NCBI GenBank assembly: GCA_051003155.1
Contig: JBPCLO010000026.1
Coordinates: forward strand, 128,001-192,000
Length of the DNA stretch: 64,000 nucleotides
Direction of reading: 5' to 3'
Source of the DNA: Fimbriimonadales bacterium
GTDB lineage: Bacteria; Armatimonadota; Fimbriimonadia; Fimbriimonadales; ATM1
Part shown: one piece after another, positions 16,794-26,144 of the stretch
How the letters are laid out: each line of letters begins with the position of its first letter
Numbering within the stretch: position 1 is the first letter of the stretch
Notes under the pieces: generated by a model
The model's database searches: none
What the model was told of the DNA's origin: nothing
Seen by the model: the letters and a program-made list of their open reading frames with translations, nothing else
Made by a program: the position numbers and the translations under genes

Positions 16794-19191
16794 AGTCGAC
16801 CTTAAAGTCCGCGACGAGGAACTCGAAGACTCCGAAACTCGTCCGGAAATTCCGTCCGAGCTCAGCCTGCTCCCCCTTCGCGATTCCGTTATATATCCCA
16901 TGCTCATCGCACCACTGTCGGTCGCAAGGCCGCACAGCGTGCAGTTGATCGAAGAGAGCGTCGTGGGGAGCAATCGTGTCATCGGCGTCGTCGCGCAGCG
17001 GGACCCAAATGTAGAGATTCCGACTGGCGAGGACATCTTCAGCTCCGGGTGCGTGGTGATCGTGCGTACACTCGTGAAGATGCCCGACGCGGTGCGGCTA
17101 ATCGTTCAGGGGGTCACGCGGTTCAAGATCGTCGAGGTTCTTCAGAAGGAACCGTATTTACGCGCGCGAATCGAGACGATCGAGGAAAAGGCTCCTTTCA
17201 ACGCCAATTCCGAAGAGATCGAGGCGCTTAGACGAACCGTCACCACCCTCTTCGAGCGGTGCGTCGCGCTAGCTCCGCAGCTTCCAGACGAACTCCGGTC
17301 CTTGACTCAGGCGGTCCAAGAACCTAACGTAATGGCCGACCTCATCGCGGCACATATGCCGTTCGCCTTGGAGGACAAACAGCAGGTTTTGGAAACGGTC
17401 GACCTGGTTGAACGATTGCGGCTTTTGATAGAACTGCTCGGGCGCGAGGCCCGAGTTTTGGAATTGAGCTCGAAAGTGCAGAGCGAGGTCAACACTGAGC
17501 TGAGCAAGTCGCAACGGGATTACTACCTCCGTGAGCAACTCAAGGCCATTCAGAAAGAACTCGGGGAATCCGATGACCGCGAACAAGAACTCGACGAATT
17601 GCGGAGGACCATCGACGAAGCGGGCATACGCGAAGAAGCTCTACGCGAGGTCAACCGCGAGTACGACCGGCTAAGAAGGATGTCGGCCGGGGCGCCGGAA
17701 TATACGGTAGCAAGAACTTATATCGACTGGATGATCTCCCTTCCTTGGCAAAAGGATACGGAAGACAACCTCGACCTCGCCCGCGTCAAGAAGATTCTCG
17801 ATAAGGATCATTACGGCCTCCAGAAAATTAAAGAGCGTATCATCGAATTTCTAGCCGTACGTAAATTCAAGAAGTCCGGTGTTGTGCGTCAACCGATACT
17901 TTGTTTTGTTGGCCCCCCTGGGGTGGGAAAGACATCTCTGGGCCGATCTATTGCAAGAGCGATGGGCCGCGAATTCGTGCGCGTATCTTTGGGAGGGATG
18001 CGCGACGAGGCGGAGATTCGCGGTCATCGCAGAACCTATATCGGCGCCCTTCCTGGGCAAATTATCCAGGGTATCCGTCGAGCAGGCAGCAATAATCCGG
18101 TTTTTATGCTCGATGAGATCGATAAGCTCGGAACGGATTTTAGAGGCGACCCTAGTTCGGCTCTTTTGGAGGTTTTGGACCCCGAGCAGAACGCCAATTT
18201 CCGGGACCATTATATCGACGCGCCGTTCGACCTGAGTCGGGTTTTCTTTGTCACGACAGCGAATATTCTGGACACGATTCCACCGCCACTTCGCGACAGG
18301 ATGGAAATCATCGAACTCGGCGGCTATACCGAAGAAGAAAAGGTGGAGATAGCGATGCGGCATTTGGTCCCGAAACAGATCGAAGAGCACGGGATCGAGC
18401 CGCAGGCACTGATTTGGTCGAAGGTCGCACTTCGATATCTAATTCATTCGTACACGCGCGAAGCGGGAGTCAGGAATCTGGAGCGTGAAATCGCGTCCGT
18501 AACGCGCAAGGCCACACGAATGTTCGCCGAGGGGCAGACTCCGCGTATCCGAGTCAACAAGGCCTTCGTCGAACAGTGCTTGGGCAGCCCCCGCTTTATA
18601 AGGGACGAGGTTTCCGAAAGGGAAATGAAACCGGGAATCGCGGTGGGTTTGGTGTGGACTCCTGTCGGCGGAGACATCGTGTTCGTCGAATCCGCGGCAA
18701 TGCCTGGCAAGGGCGAATTGTTGCTAACGGGCCAACTGGGTGACGTGATGAAAGAGTCGGCGCGCGCGGCCCTGAGCTACATACGGACGCACGCCGACGA
18801 GCGGGGAATCGACCCTAAAATCTTTGCCGACACCGAGGTCCACGTTCACGTGCCGGCAGGAGCGATTCCCAAAGACGGGCCGAGCGCGGGCGTCACGATG
18901 CTGACCGCTCTCACCAGCCTCTTTACCCACAAGCCTATCAAGCCGCGGCTGGCGATGACCGGCGAGCTAACTCTGACCGGCCAAGTGCTTCCCGTAGGGG
19001 GAATAAAGGAGAAAGTCTTGGCGGCTCATCGAGCCGGAATCGAAACTCTGATTCTGCCGGACCGTAATGAGAAAGATTATCGGGAAGACATTCCTGAGGA
19101 GGTGCGCGATAAATTGACCACGCACTTTGTAGAGGACGCCAAACAGGTGCTACGGTTAGCGCTTGGCCCGAAATCGAGAGCCGCGAAATAG
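16786..19191 (+). CDS. lon: ATP-dependent protease La
   Basis: LON N-domain, GPPGVGKTS, LDEIDK and catalytic PKDGPSAG. Confidence 0.98.
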   Translation: MAEVDLKVRDEELEDSETRPEIPSELSLLPLRDSVIYPMLIAPLSVARPHSVQLIEESVVGSNRVIGVVAQRDPNVEIPTGEDIFSSGCVVIVRTLVKMPDAVRLIVQGVTRFKIVEVLQKEPYLRARIETIEEKAPFNANSEEIEALRRTVTTLFERCVALAPQLPDELRSLTQAVQEPNVMADLIAAHMPFALEDKQQVLETVDLVERLRLLIELLGREARVLELSSKVQSEVNTELSKSQRDYYLREQLKAIQKELGESDDREQELDELRRTIDEAGIREEALREVNREYDRLRRMSAGAPEYTVARTYIDWMISLPWQKDTEDNLDLARVKKILDKDHYGLQKIKERIIEFLAVRKFKKSGVVRQPILCFVGPPGVGKTSLGRSIARAMGREFVRVSLGGMRDEAEIRGHRRTYIGALPGQIIQGIRRAGSNNPVFMLDEIDKLGTDFRGDPSSALLEVLDPEQNANFRDHYIDAPFDLSRVFFVTTANILDTIPPPLRDRMEIIELGGYTEEEKVEIAMRHLVPKQIEEHGIEPQALIWSKVALRYLIHSYTREAGVRNLEREIASVTRKATRMFAEGQTPRIRVNKAFVEQCLGSPRFIRDEVSEREMKPGIAVGLVWTPVGGDIVFVESAAMPGKGELLLTGQLGDVMKESARAALSYIRTHADERGIDPKIFADTEVHVHVPAGAIPKDGPSAGVTMLTALTSLFTHKPIKPRLAMTGELTLTGQVLPVGGIKEKVLAAHRAGIETLILPDRNEKDYREDIPEEVRDKLTTHFVEDAKQVLRLALGPKSRAAK

Positions 19192-19221
19192 TTCTGAATC
19201 GCGACATGCATAGAGGGGCCC

Positions 19222-19959
19222 GTGAGACGCCAGAATAGGGTTGAGATTCTCGGAATCGGCGTCGATGCGGTCAATATGGTGGAAGCGATCGCAATTATCG
19301 AGGAATTTATCGCTAATGGTAAGCCGTCGATCGTCGTTACGGCCGATGCGAGCGGCATAGTTGCGGCTCAAACGGATGAGCGGTGGCGCAAGATTATGGA
19401 GGATGCGGACCTCGTCACACCTGATAGCGTCGGAGTTCTGTGGGCAGCAGGCAAGGTCGGTTCGCCGTTCGAAGAGCGGGTCAGCGGCGTCGATATTGTT
19501 GAGAAGTTAGCCGAGTTGAGCGCGCGAAAAGGGTACCGCCTTTACTTCCTAGGGGCTGCCCCTGGAGTTGCGCAAACGGCGGCAGATGCGCTCTGTGCGC
19601 GTTTTCAGGGTGCCGTTATCGCTGGGGTTCGGGACGGCTATTTTTCGGCCGCCGAGGAGCCCGACATTGTTGCGCACATTCGAAAGGCAAACCCGGATGT
19701 TTTATTTGTGGCGATGGGAATACCGAAGCAGGAAACCTTTATTACCGAGCACATGAATGAAATTGCCGCCAAGGTGTCGATCGGTGTGGGTGGAAGCTTC
19801 GACGTATTTAGTGGAAATGTAAAGCGCGCGCCGCACTTTATTCAGAATTTGCGCTTGGAATGGCTTTGGCGCCTGATCCAAAATCCGCGGAAATGGCGGA
19901 AGGTGGCGTCATTGCCAAAATTCTGGTGGCTCGTGATGCGCTCAGGGCGCCGGGTCTGA
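19222..19959 (+). CDS. WecB/TagA/CpsF family glycosyltransferase
   Basis: ERVSGVD, VAMGIPKQE, GVGGSFD, KRAP and LEWLWRL. Confidence 0.93.
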   Translation: MRRQNRVEILGIGVDAVNMVEAIAIIEEFIANGKPSIVVTADASGIVAAQTDERWRKIMEDADLVTPDSVGVLWAAGKVGSPFEERVSGVDIVEKLAELSARKGYRLYFLGAAPGVAQTAADALCARFQGAVIAGVRDGYFSAAEEPDIVAHIRKANPDVLFVAMGIPKQETFITEHMNEIAAKVSIGVGGSFDVFSGNVKRAPHFIQNLRLEWLWRLIQNPRKWRKVASLPKFWWLVMRSGRRV

Positions 19960-21738
19960 CACTTCGATGAGAATGTAACGGTCGCCCTCGTATACGATCC
20001 TGCCGAGTTGTCCGAAGAAAGCCAACCCCTGAACGCCCAGCAGATCGGCAGGTTCTCCTTTGGGCGCCACGATAAACGTTGCTTTAGACATCTCGATTAG
20101 GGCCCTTGCCGATTCAGGCGTCGATCCTTGCGAGTAGAGCCCGATTGACAAGTCCCGACGGCGACCCACGTAATCGGGGGTTTCGCTCCAGTGACCCGCC
20201 CAGGATTTGACTCCCGCCCAACCGGAAAGCACAGGATTCAGGTCAGGGATGGCAACCGCAAACGAATCCGGCCTCGTGGAGATGGGAAGCCCAGGCATGG
20301 CAAGGACGGCGTCTTCCCTGGCTTCGCTCGCTTGCAGGTAGCTTAAGATTCTCGAGACATCTTTCTCCCAGAAAACGCTTTGCACGGTCGTATTGCTAAT
20401 GTTATCGACAGCCATCATGGCCTCGCGGTAGAGCCACCCGGCGGATGAGATCGAAACGGCGGCGATCATTACGGCAGCAGCGAGCACCCGCTCGCGTCCC
20501 TTTAGACGGCCCGTGAGAGTTCCGATGGCCCACCCTGCGCATAGCCCAATCGGGATGCTGAGCCCCATCGCGAGCTTTCGCTGGAACAAGCCGGGGTAGT
20601 AGAGGGCTGCAAGTCCCATCAGAACCCATGCACTGATCAAGCCCCGAATGGGTCGGTCCGTGGGATATGCGCCCAGAACCGCCACAAATGTCAAAGCAAG
20701 GCTGATCCACGCCAATGGTATGAGAAGCTGGTTTGGTGCGACCGCGCCCGACTCGAGTCGGAGGAAGAGGTGCAGCATAGCGACTAAGCAAATCGGAGCG
20801 CCAATGTAAAGGTTTCGTTCTCGCGGCCCCGCCCTCCAATGCCAGCAGGCTACCAAGGCCAAGGACAGTAGAGGCCCATATCCGAGCAGCACGTTCGCGA
20901 GCGGAGCCGAAAGCGTCGGCGTCTCGCCTCGCTGTGCGAAAACGGGGTCATTCGCTCGAACATAAAGGAACCAGAGGAGCGGCGGAATTGCACCAGACGC
21001 GATCGTGACCGCCCGGCCCACCCAAGCGCCAGTCGCTTGTTTCGCGCCGATCTGCGTCGCCAAGAACCCGGCGGCGACGATGGCGATTGTCAGCGTGTCG
21101 TACGTATGGATGTTCGTGAGGACGAACATCGCCAGGAACCCCGGCAACACCGGCTTCCAGGAATCGCGCGCGTCGAGGATCTTGTTCCAGATCACGCAAA
21201 TCAGCCATAGCGCCGCGCAAAACAGGCCGTTTTGCATGAGCGAAGGAAAGGTAAGTGCCTCCGGCTGCCATACATCGATCGGGCCTTCGTGGCCGTACCT
21301 GCGCCAGACCAGCCATCCGACTCCTGCACCTAAAATCGTCGTAGCCATCGCTGTGAACCGGACGAGTTGGGACTCGCTCAACCTCCTGGCCAACCCATAA
21401 AGGGACATCAGAAAGAGCAGTCCAAAGACCGCTTTTGCGAGGTGCATCGCGAGCGAAATGCCGGTGAGCCGGCTCAGGGTTCCTGTCGCCCAGAAGTAGA
21501 GGTTCACGGTCAGCCCCGGCTGGGGATCGGTGGTGAGCAGGTTCTCGAAGAAAAACCTGCCTTCCTGCGCCTGCTTCATCCACGCCGCATAGACCGCGTG
21601 GTCGTCGTAATTGCTGTGGACGCCCAGATAGAGCGTGCCCACGGGCTGGATGGCCAAGGCGAGCAAGTATGGCGTCGCAGTCAGGAAGAGAGTGGCGGCT
21701 GCGAGCAGCCAGAACCACCTTGGGTAACTGCGCTCCAC
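19942..21738 (-). CDS. Polytopic membrane protein, GT-C glycosyltransferase-like
   Basis: Many TM helices; acidic NYDDH motif in the first external loop; soluble C-terminal domain. Confidence 0.6.
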   Translation of the reverse strand: MERSYPRWFWLLAAATLFLTATPYLLALAIQPVGTLYLGVHSNYDDHAVYAAWMKQAQEGRFFFENLLTTDPQPGLTVNLYFWATGTLSRLTGISLAMHLAKAVFGLLFLMSLYGLARRLSESQLVRFTAMATTILGAGVGWLVWRRYGHEGPIDVWQPEALTFPSLMQNGLFCAALWLICVIWNKILDARDSWKPVLPGFLAMFVLTNIHTYDTLTIAIVAAGFLATQIGAKQATGAWVGRAVTIASGAIPPLLWFLYVRANDPVFAQRGETPTLSAPLANVLLGYGPLLSLALVACWHWRAGPRERNLYIGAPICLVAMLHLFLRLESGAVAPNQLLIPLAWISLALTFVAVLGAYPTDRPIRGLISAWVLMGLAALYYPGLFQRKLAMGLSIPIGLCAGWAIGTLTGRLKGRERVLAAAVMIAAVSISSAGWLYREAMMAVDNISNTTVQSVFWEKDVSRILSYLQASEAREDAVLAMPGLPISTRPDSFAVAIPDLNPVLSGWAGVKSWAGHWSETPDYVGRRRDLSIGLYSQGSTPESARALIEMSKATFIVAPKGEPADLLGVQGLAFFGQLGRIVYEGDRYILIEVSDPAP

Positions 21739-21742
21739 GAGG

Positions 21743-22117
21743 TTACTTCTGGCCGGGCGGCTTTCGGCCCATCGATTCGTAGATGCCGAGAATCATGTCG
21801 CGATTCTTGACGGCCTCATCGTTCTTGGGATCGAGTTTCAGGGCCTCGGCGTAGAGGTCGAGCGCCATCGGGTATTTGACTTTCGGAGGGCCGTCTCCCT
21901 TCATTACGGCGCTGGCATATGCCACGGTGGCGCCGACAAATTCATCCCTCGTCTCGGGGTCCTTTGCGAACACGGCCTTCGCGGATTCGTAGCCGACTTG
22001 GAGGGCGCCAACGTCTTTGCCAGCCGCCGGGACCTTGGGAACTGTCGGCCTTTCCGGCTCGGGCGACGAACAACCGCAAATCAATAGGGCGGCGCAAGCG
22101 ATATGCCAGGGTTTCAC
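21743..22117 (-). CDS. Lipoprotein with a TPR-like helix pair
   Basis: Lipobox LICGC; ALDLYAEALKLDPKNDEA. Confidence 0.8.
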   Translation of the reverse strand: MKPWHIACAALLICGCSSPEPERPTVPKVPAAGKDVGALQVGYESAKAVFAKDPETRDEFVGATVAYASAVMKGDGPPKVKYPMALDLYAEALKLDPKNDEAVKNRDMILGIYESMGRKPPGQK

Positions 22118-22139
22118 GCTCGAATGTTACCGCTTCAGG

Positions 22140-22805
22140 GACTGTGTGTCGACGTCGGCTCTTTTTACACCCAACCCATTAGGCGTCGTCACGTGCCAAG
22201 GAAAGTAACGTGATGACGCCGGAATCGACGAAGCAGACTGCCGCTGCCGTGGCGGGCCGGCTTCGGGACTTGGTTTTCGTTGCGCCGTGTGGTTGACGAC
22301 TTGCGACCGTCGAGTGACGCCGATTCATCGTCAAGCTACACCCATCATACTCACCGCTGTTCGCCACTAACTGAGTAGACCGCAGGTTCAGATTATGGCT
22401 GACCGCCGGTTATCAGGTCCATCAGAGGGCCGGCGGCCAAGCGTAGCTTTGCCCACGCTAATGGGACACCAAAATTCGCTTTGACAACCGAAAGGGAGTT
22501 CCCGCGTAGCCACTGGCCCCGCTTATGGCCGGAGATCGAGCACGGGTAAGCGCGCGGGAGCTTACCGAACGCGAATGTCGACGTGCGCTTGCCCATGGTG
22601 GGTATCAATTTATCGTGATCGTCCACTTGGCATGGTTGACCTCGACCTTCCACAAGTAACCGCTTCTGTGCCTTCTTGGACGAATCGCTTATCTTGGTTC
22701 CGCTGGGATCAGGGACGACGACTGTGTCTGCCTGCTAAGCTCCACGCTCCGCTTAGGCGATCGGTAACTCCCGGCTACTACAGACCTTGCCTAGAACGGA
22801 GACCG
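22140..22805 (-). ncRNA. Candidate large structured non-coding RNA of unrecognised class
   Basis: ~670 nt without a credible ORF in a gene-dense region, with many complementary segment pairs (see findings). Strand inferred from the upstream promoter/ORF and G-U-compatible stems. Confidence 0.55.
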
Positions 22806-22970
22806 TTAGTCGCGAGGTTCCGGAATATCCACGTTGTACGGACCGACGACGGAGCGATCAGCCGAGCAGTGTTCCTCGGCCTCGAGTTTGATTTGCTCTT
22901 TAGGCCCTGGGTCACCGACAGCTTTGACCTTCTTCCCGCGCTTGCGTGATTCGGTACTTCCCTTCTGCAT
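22806..22970 (-). CDS. Small hydrophilic protein, 54 aa, upstream of the candidate RNA
   Basis: RBS aggag 6 nt before the ATG; MQKGSTESRKRGKKVK...EPRD. Confidence 0.5.
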   Translation of the reverse strand: MQKGSTESRKRGKKVKAVGDPGPKEQIKLEAEEHCSADRSVVGPYNVDIPEPRD

Positions 22971-23116
22971 CAATTTCTCCTGGCGCTCTTCATCGAGGAC
23001 CACAACGGCACTTCTTCGGGCCGTCGTGGCCGAACTGCTATACCGTAATACTACTCTTTCGCCGCAGCCGGTATTGCCTCCTTCCGAATCGGAGTCATTA
23101 TTAACTGAGGCGAAAT

Positions 23117-23317
23117 ATGAATACCAAAGTCTGGCTTGTTTTGTGCGTCGGCCTGGGCGCGTTGGCGCTTCTCGCCTACGAATTAAGTTGTGACAAAGAT
23201 CGAGGCGAGACAGTTGAGTTCGACGAATGGGACGAGGTGGACGAAGCCTCCGAGGGCTCGTTCCCCGCTAGCGACGCGCCGAGTTGGACTCCCGTAAAAG
23301 GGGTCGGCAACGTTTAG
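23117..23317 (+). CDS. Small protein with an N-terminal TM helix and a 'DEASE.SFPASD.P.W' motif
   Basis: EWDEVDEASEGSFPASDAPSWTP resembles a recurrent small-protein motif; RBS gagg. Confidence 0.75.
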   Translation: MNTKVWLVLCVGLGALALLAYELSCDKDRGETVEFDEWDEVDEASEGSFPASDAPSWTPVKGVGNV

Positions 23318-24198
23318 TAGCCCTTCGCACCAGCGCCTAGGATGGCGTGGCTCTCGTCGACCCCGTCGATACAGGTCCAGGCGGTAAAACCATCTTTTGA
23401 GGCCGCAGCGCCCCAATCGCCTTGAATCGAAACCGCGAAGACGACGCTGACTTGCTCGCGGGTCTCGGGCTTTCGGTCCACCATTATCTTGATCGCGGCA
23501 TCGCATGCCTCTTGGGCATTCATCCCGTCGCGCATGTTCTCGACAGCCCTGAACGATAGCATGAACCTCCAGATGTCCTCACCGACGCCGGTGGCCCCGG
23601 CTGCTCCGGCGGCGTCGTCCGCGTAGAACCCGCCTCCCATGATCGGAGAGTCTCCGACCCTACCAGGCAGCTTCCACGCAAGCCCGCTCGTGCTGCAAGC
23701 TGCAACCACGTGGCCGCCTTCTTCCCTGCCGACGATGGTGACCGTGTCGTGCGTCACGAGGTGCGCAACTTCGGCGGCGGTCTTATCCTTGCGCCATGCC
23801 TCGTAGCGGGCGAGGCTTTCTTGCGTCTGTAGGACTCTGCGTTCGAACCCGTTGCTCTCCGCGAACCTTGCCGCTTGGTCTCCGGCAAGCATAACGTGGG
23901 GTGTGTCCATCACGTGTCTGGCTACCGAAATGGCCGGAACGATGCCCCGCAGTGCGCATACCGCGCCCGCTCGCAACGATCGGCCATCCATCATCCCTGC
24001 GTCGAGCTCCTGTTCACCTTCTTCGTTCGGGAGCCCGCCCAGGCCGATCGCCATGAACTTCGGGTCCATTTCGACTTCGATCAACCCTTCTTCGCAGGCA
24101 GACAGCAGGTCGCTCTTTTGCAGGTAGCTCTCCCAGGCCCTGCGCACGCAAGGACCGCCGGGATCGGCCCAGGTGGAAACAAAGACGGTCGACACCAC
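23314..24198 (-). CDS. Asparaginase-2 / N4-(beta-N-acetylglucosaminyl)-L-asparaginase family Ntn-hydrolase
   Basis: ELDAGMMDG, autoproteolysis site HD|TV, STSG...GRVGDSP and TGVGE. Confidence 0.9.
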   Translation of the reverse strand: MVSTVFVSTWADPGGPCVRRAWESYLQKSDLLSACEEGLIEVEMDPKFMAIGLGGLPNEEGEQELDAGMMDGRSLRAGAVCALRGIVPAISVARHVMDTPHVMLAGDQAARFAESNGFERRVLQTQESLARYEAWRKDKTAAEVAHLVTHDTVTIVGREEGGHVVAACSTSGLAWKLPGRVGDSPIMGGGFYADDAAGAAGATGVGEDIWRFMLSFRAVENMRDGMNAQEACDAAIKIMVDRKPETREQVSVVFAVSIQGDWGAAASKDGFTAWTCIDGVDESHAILGAGAKGY

Positions 24199-24201
24199 CG
24201 G

Positions 24202-24687
24202 CTATTGGGTCCGAAGGACGACCGCGCCGTATTTCACTTCCCCGTGCGCGATCGGACGGACGATTTCCCAACCACCGCCCGTTCCCGACTCGTCGGCCGT
24301 TGCCGGGTCGATATCTGGAAACTTGGAGCCGGCCAGGTGATTTCTATCCGATGACGCCAGAACGGTGCCTTTGGTGTCTGTGATCGCGCATAGGGTGAAC
24401 CCCTTGATCCTCACCATGTCATCGACCACGCGCTGTAGGGTGTCTGTGTCATGCAGCGGGTCTTTGTTCCATAGGTCGAGAAGAGGAACGGCCGCTGTCG
24501 CAAAGGCTGCAGCGCTGTTGGCCGCTCCTTCCTTTCTGGCGTTGGACAGGCCAAAGTAAAGTTGTGAACCCAGGATCAAAGTCCCGATGCCGAGCAGGAT
24601 CGCCAGCCACTGGAACCCCTTCTTGCCCCAATCCGTCGGCTTCTTCTCCTCGACCCCCTCCACTCCTTGTTCCGGTGTATCGCTCAT
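24202..24687 (-). CDS. Membrane-anchored protein with a Cache/sensor-like extracytoplasmic domain
   Basis: One TM helix, then AITDTKGTVLASSD...VRPI....VKYGAVVL. Confidence 0.6.
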   Translation of the reverse strand: MSDTPEQGVEGVEEKKPTDWGKKGFQWLAILLGIGTLILGSQLYFGLSNARKEGAANSAAAFATAAVPLLDLWNKDPLHDTDTLQRVVDDMVRIKGFTLCAITDTKGTVLASSDRNHLAGSKFPDIDPATADESGTGGGWEIVRPIAHGEVKYGAVVLRTQ

Positions 24688-24689
24688 TC

Positions 24690-25697
24690 TTATCCTCCTG
24701 GCAAAGCTGCGGACGCCAACGTGTCCATCCTCAAATCGTCCGCCTCGCCTTTCGCAAGCCTCCAACTGGCAACATGCGCGATCATGGCTGCGTTGTCGGT
24801 GCAAAGATCGAAAGGCGGCGTCACAAAGTCCAGACTTCGCTCGGTGGCCAGCAGCTTCAGTTTAGCGCGAAGTCGCTTGTTCGCTGCGACTCCGCCGACC
24901 ACCGTAATCGCCTTCGCGCCGGTCTCTTCGCACGCTCGGAGTGTGCGCTCCACCAGTACAGCGACGACCGTTTCCTCCATGCTTGCCGCGGCGGAAGCGA
25001 CGTCGAGGGATTCGTCTTCGTCTCTGGCCAAATAGAGAACGGCCGTTTTTAGCCCAGAAAAGCTGAAATCCAGCGTGGGCCCCCGCAAGCCGGCGGGCAG
25101 CTTATATTTCTTTTCGTCGCCGCTTTCAGCCGCACTCTGAATGGCTGGACCTCCTGGGTAGCCGAGTCCAAGAGCCCGGGCGGACTTATCGAAAGCCTCC
25201 CCAGCGGCATCATCGATGGTCCCCCCGACCTTCACGTATCCCCCGGCGGACTTCACGAAAACGAGCTCGGTATGTCCGCCCGAGACAAGCAGGCAGACGT
25301 GCGGAAACTCCACATCCGCGGCCATTAGAGAGGACAGTATATGAGCCTCCAAATGATGGATACCGACCATCGGCTTAGCAAGGGCGAGCGACACAGCTTT
25401 CGCGGCCGAGACACCAACCGACAGGGCGCCGACGAGCCCCGGCCGATTCGTCACGCCTACTCCGCCCATGTCATGGAGTGCGCAGCCGGATATCTTCAGG
25501 GCGGTGTCCAACGCCGGGATCAAGGCCTCGGTGTGCTTCCTGGCGGCGGCTTCCGGAACGACGCCCCCCCATTGGCGATGCAGCTCGGCCTGCGAACTGA
25601 CAACGTTGGCAAGGACATTGCGGCCGCGAACGACCGCCACCGAAGTTTCGTCACAGCTGGTTTCGATGCCGAGGACCGGGTTATCGAGGTATTTCAC
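24690..25697 (-). CDS. tsaD: tRNA N6-adenosine threonylcarbamoyltransferase
   Basis: LGIETSCDET, HHLEAH, VSGGHT, DDAAGEAFDK and TDNAAMIA; GTGA overlap with rimI. Confidence 0.97.
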   Translation of the reverse strand: MKYLDNPVLGIETSCDETSVAVVRGRNVLANVVSSQAELHRQWGGVVPEAAARKHTEALIPALDTALKISGCALHDMGGVGVTNRPGLVGALSVGVSAAKAVSLALAKPMVGIHHLEAHILSSLMAADVEFPHVCLLVSGGHTELVFVKSAGGYVKVGGTIDDAAGEAFDKSARALGLGYPGGPAIQSAAESGDEKKYKLPAGLRGPTLDFSFSGLKTAVLYLARDEDESLDVASAAASMEETVVAVLVERTLRACEETGAKAITVVGGVAANKRLRAKLKLLATERSLDFVTPPFDLCTDNAAMIAHVASWRLAKGEADDLRMDTLASAALPGG

Positions 25698-26143
25698 GTT
25701 AGCCCATACAGCCACATGACGACTGCGTCCTCCTTGTCCTTGGGATAGTAACCCTTCCGAAGGCCGCACCGAACGAACCCGAGCTTTTCGTACAGCCTGA
25801 GGGCTGCCGCGTTGCCCGCGCGCACCTCGAGTGTCGAGCACGTATGACCCGTTGCTTTTGCGGACTCGAGGATTCTTTCCATCAGTTGGCGGCCCACGCC
25901 ATTCCTTCGGTGGTTGGGGTGGACGGCGATGTTCGTGACGTGCGCCTCGTCGATAATTGACCAATAGCCCGCAAATCCGACCAAGTTTGTATTGTGAGTA
26001 GCGACCAAGTAGGTGGCTTGAGGGTTGCTCATTTCCGCCCGGAAACTGCTTTCGGCCCACGGCGCCGGATTGCAAATTCGTTCGAGTTCCATTACCGCGG
26101 CCATGTGGCATTCGAGCATCGGCTCCACCTGATAGCAGGCCAT
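25694..26143 (-). CDS. rimI: Ribosomal protein S18 alanine N-acetyltransferase
   Basis: EAHVTNIAVHP..RRNGVG, LEVRAGN, LYEKLGF and RKGYY..EDAVVM. Confidence 0.92.
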   Translation of the reverse strand: MACYQVEPMLECHMAAVMELERICNPAPWAESSFRAEMSNPQATYLVATHNTNLVGFAGYWSIIDEAHVTNIAVHPNHRRNGVGRQLMERILESAKATGHTCSTLEVRAGNAAALRLYEKLGFVRCGLRKGYYPKDKEDAVVMWLYGLT

Positions 26144-26144
26144 C

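Noticed and set aside
22140..22805. Assigning the structured region to tmRNA, RNase P, a group I/II intron, OLE, or cobalamin/c-di-GMP riboswitches
   Set aside because: Only short scattered resemblances (gccactgg, gccgggagtta, gcgggaactccc), in the wrong order or on conflicting strands. There are no tRNA-like ends, no domain V and no RNase P core motifs.
22179..22949. ORFs 22179..22367, 22393..22653 and 22575..22949
   Set aside because: No RBS or recognisable motif and atypical composition; treated as chance frames.
24690..26111. Apparent N-terminal extensions of TsaD, PheT, PheS, ProS and DsbD in the ORF track
   Set aside because: They overlap upstream genes. Downstream starts with ATGA/GTGA overlaps or -10 boxes fit the known protein N-termini.
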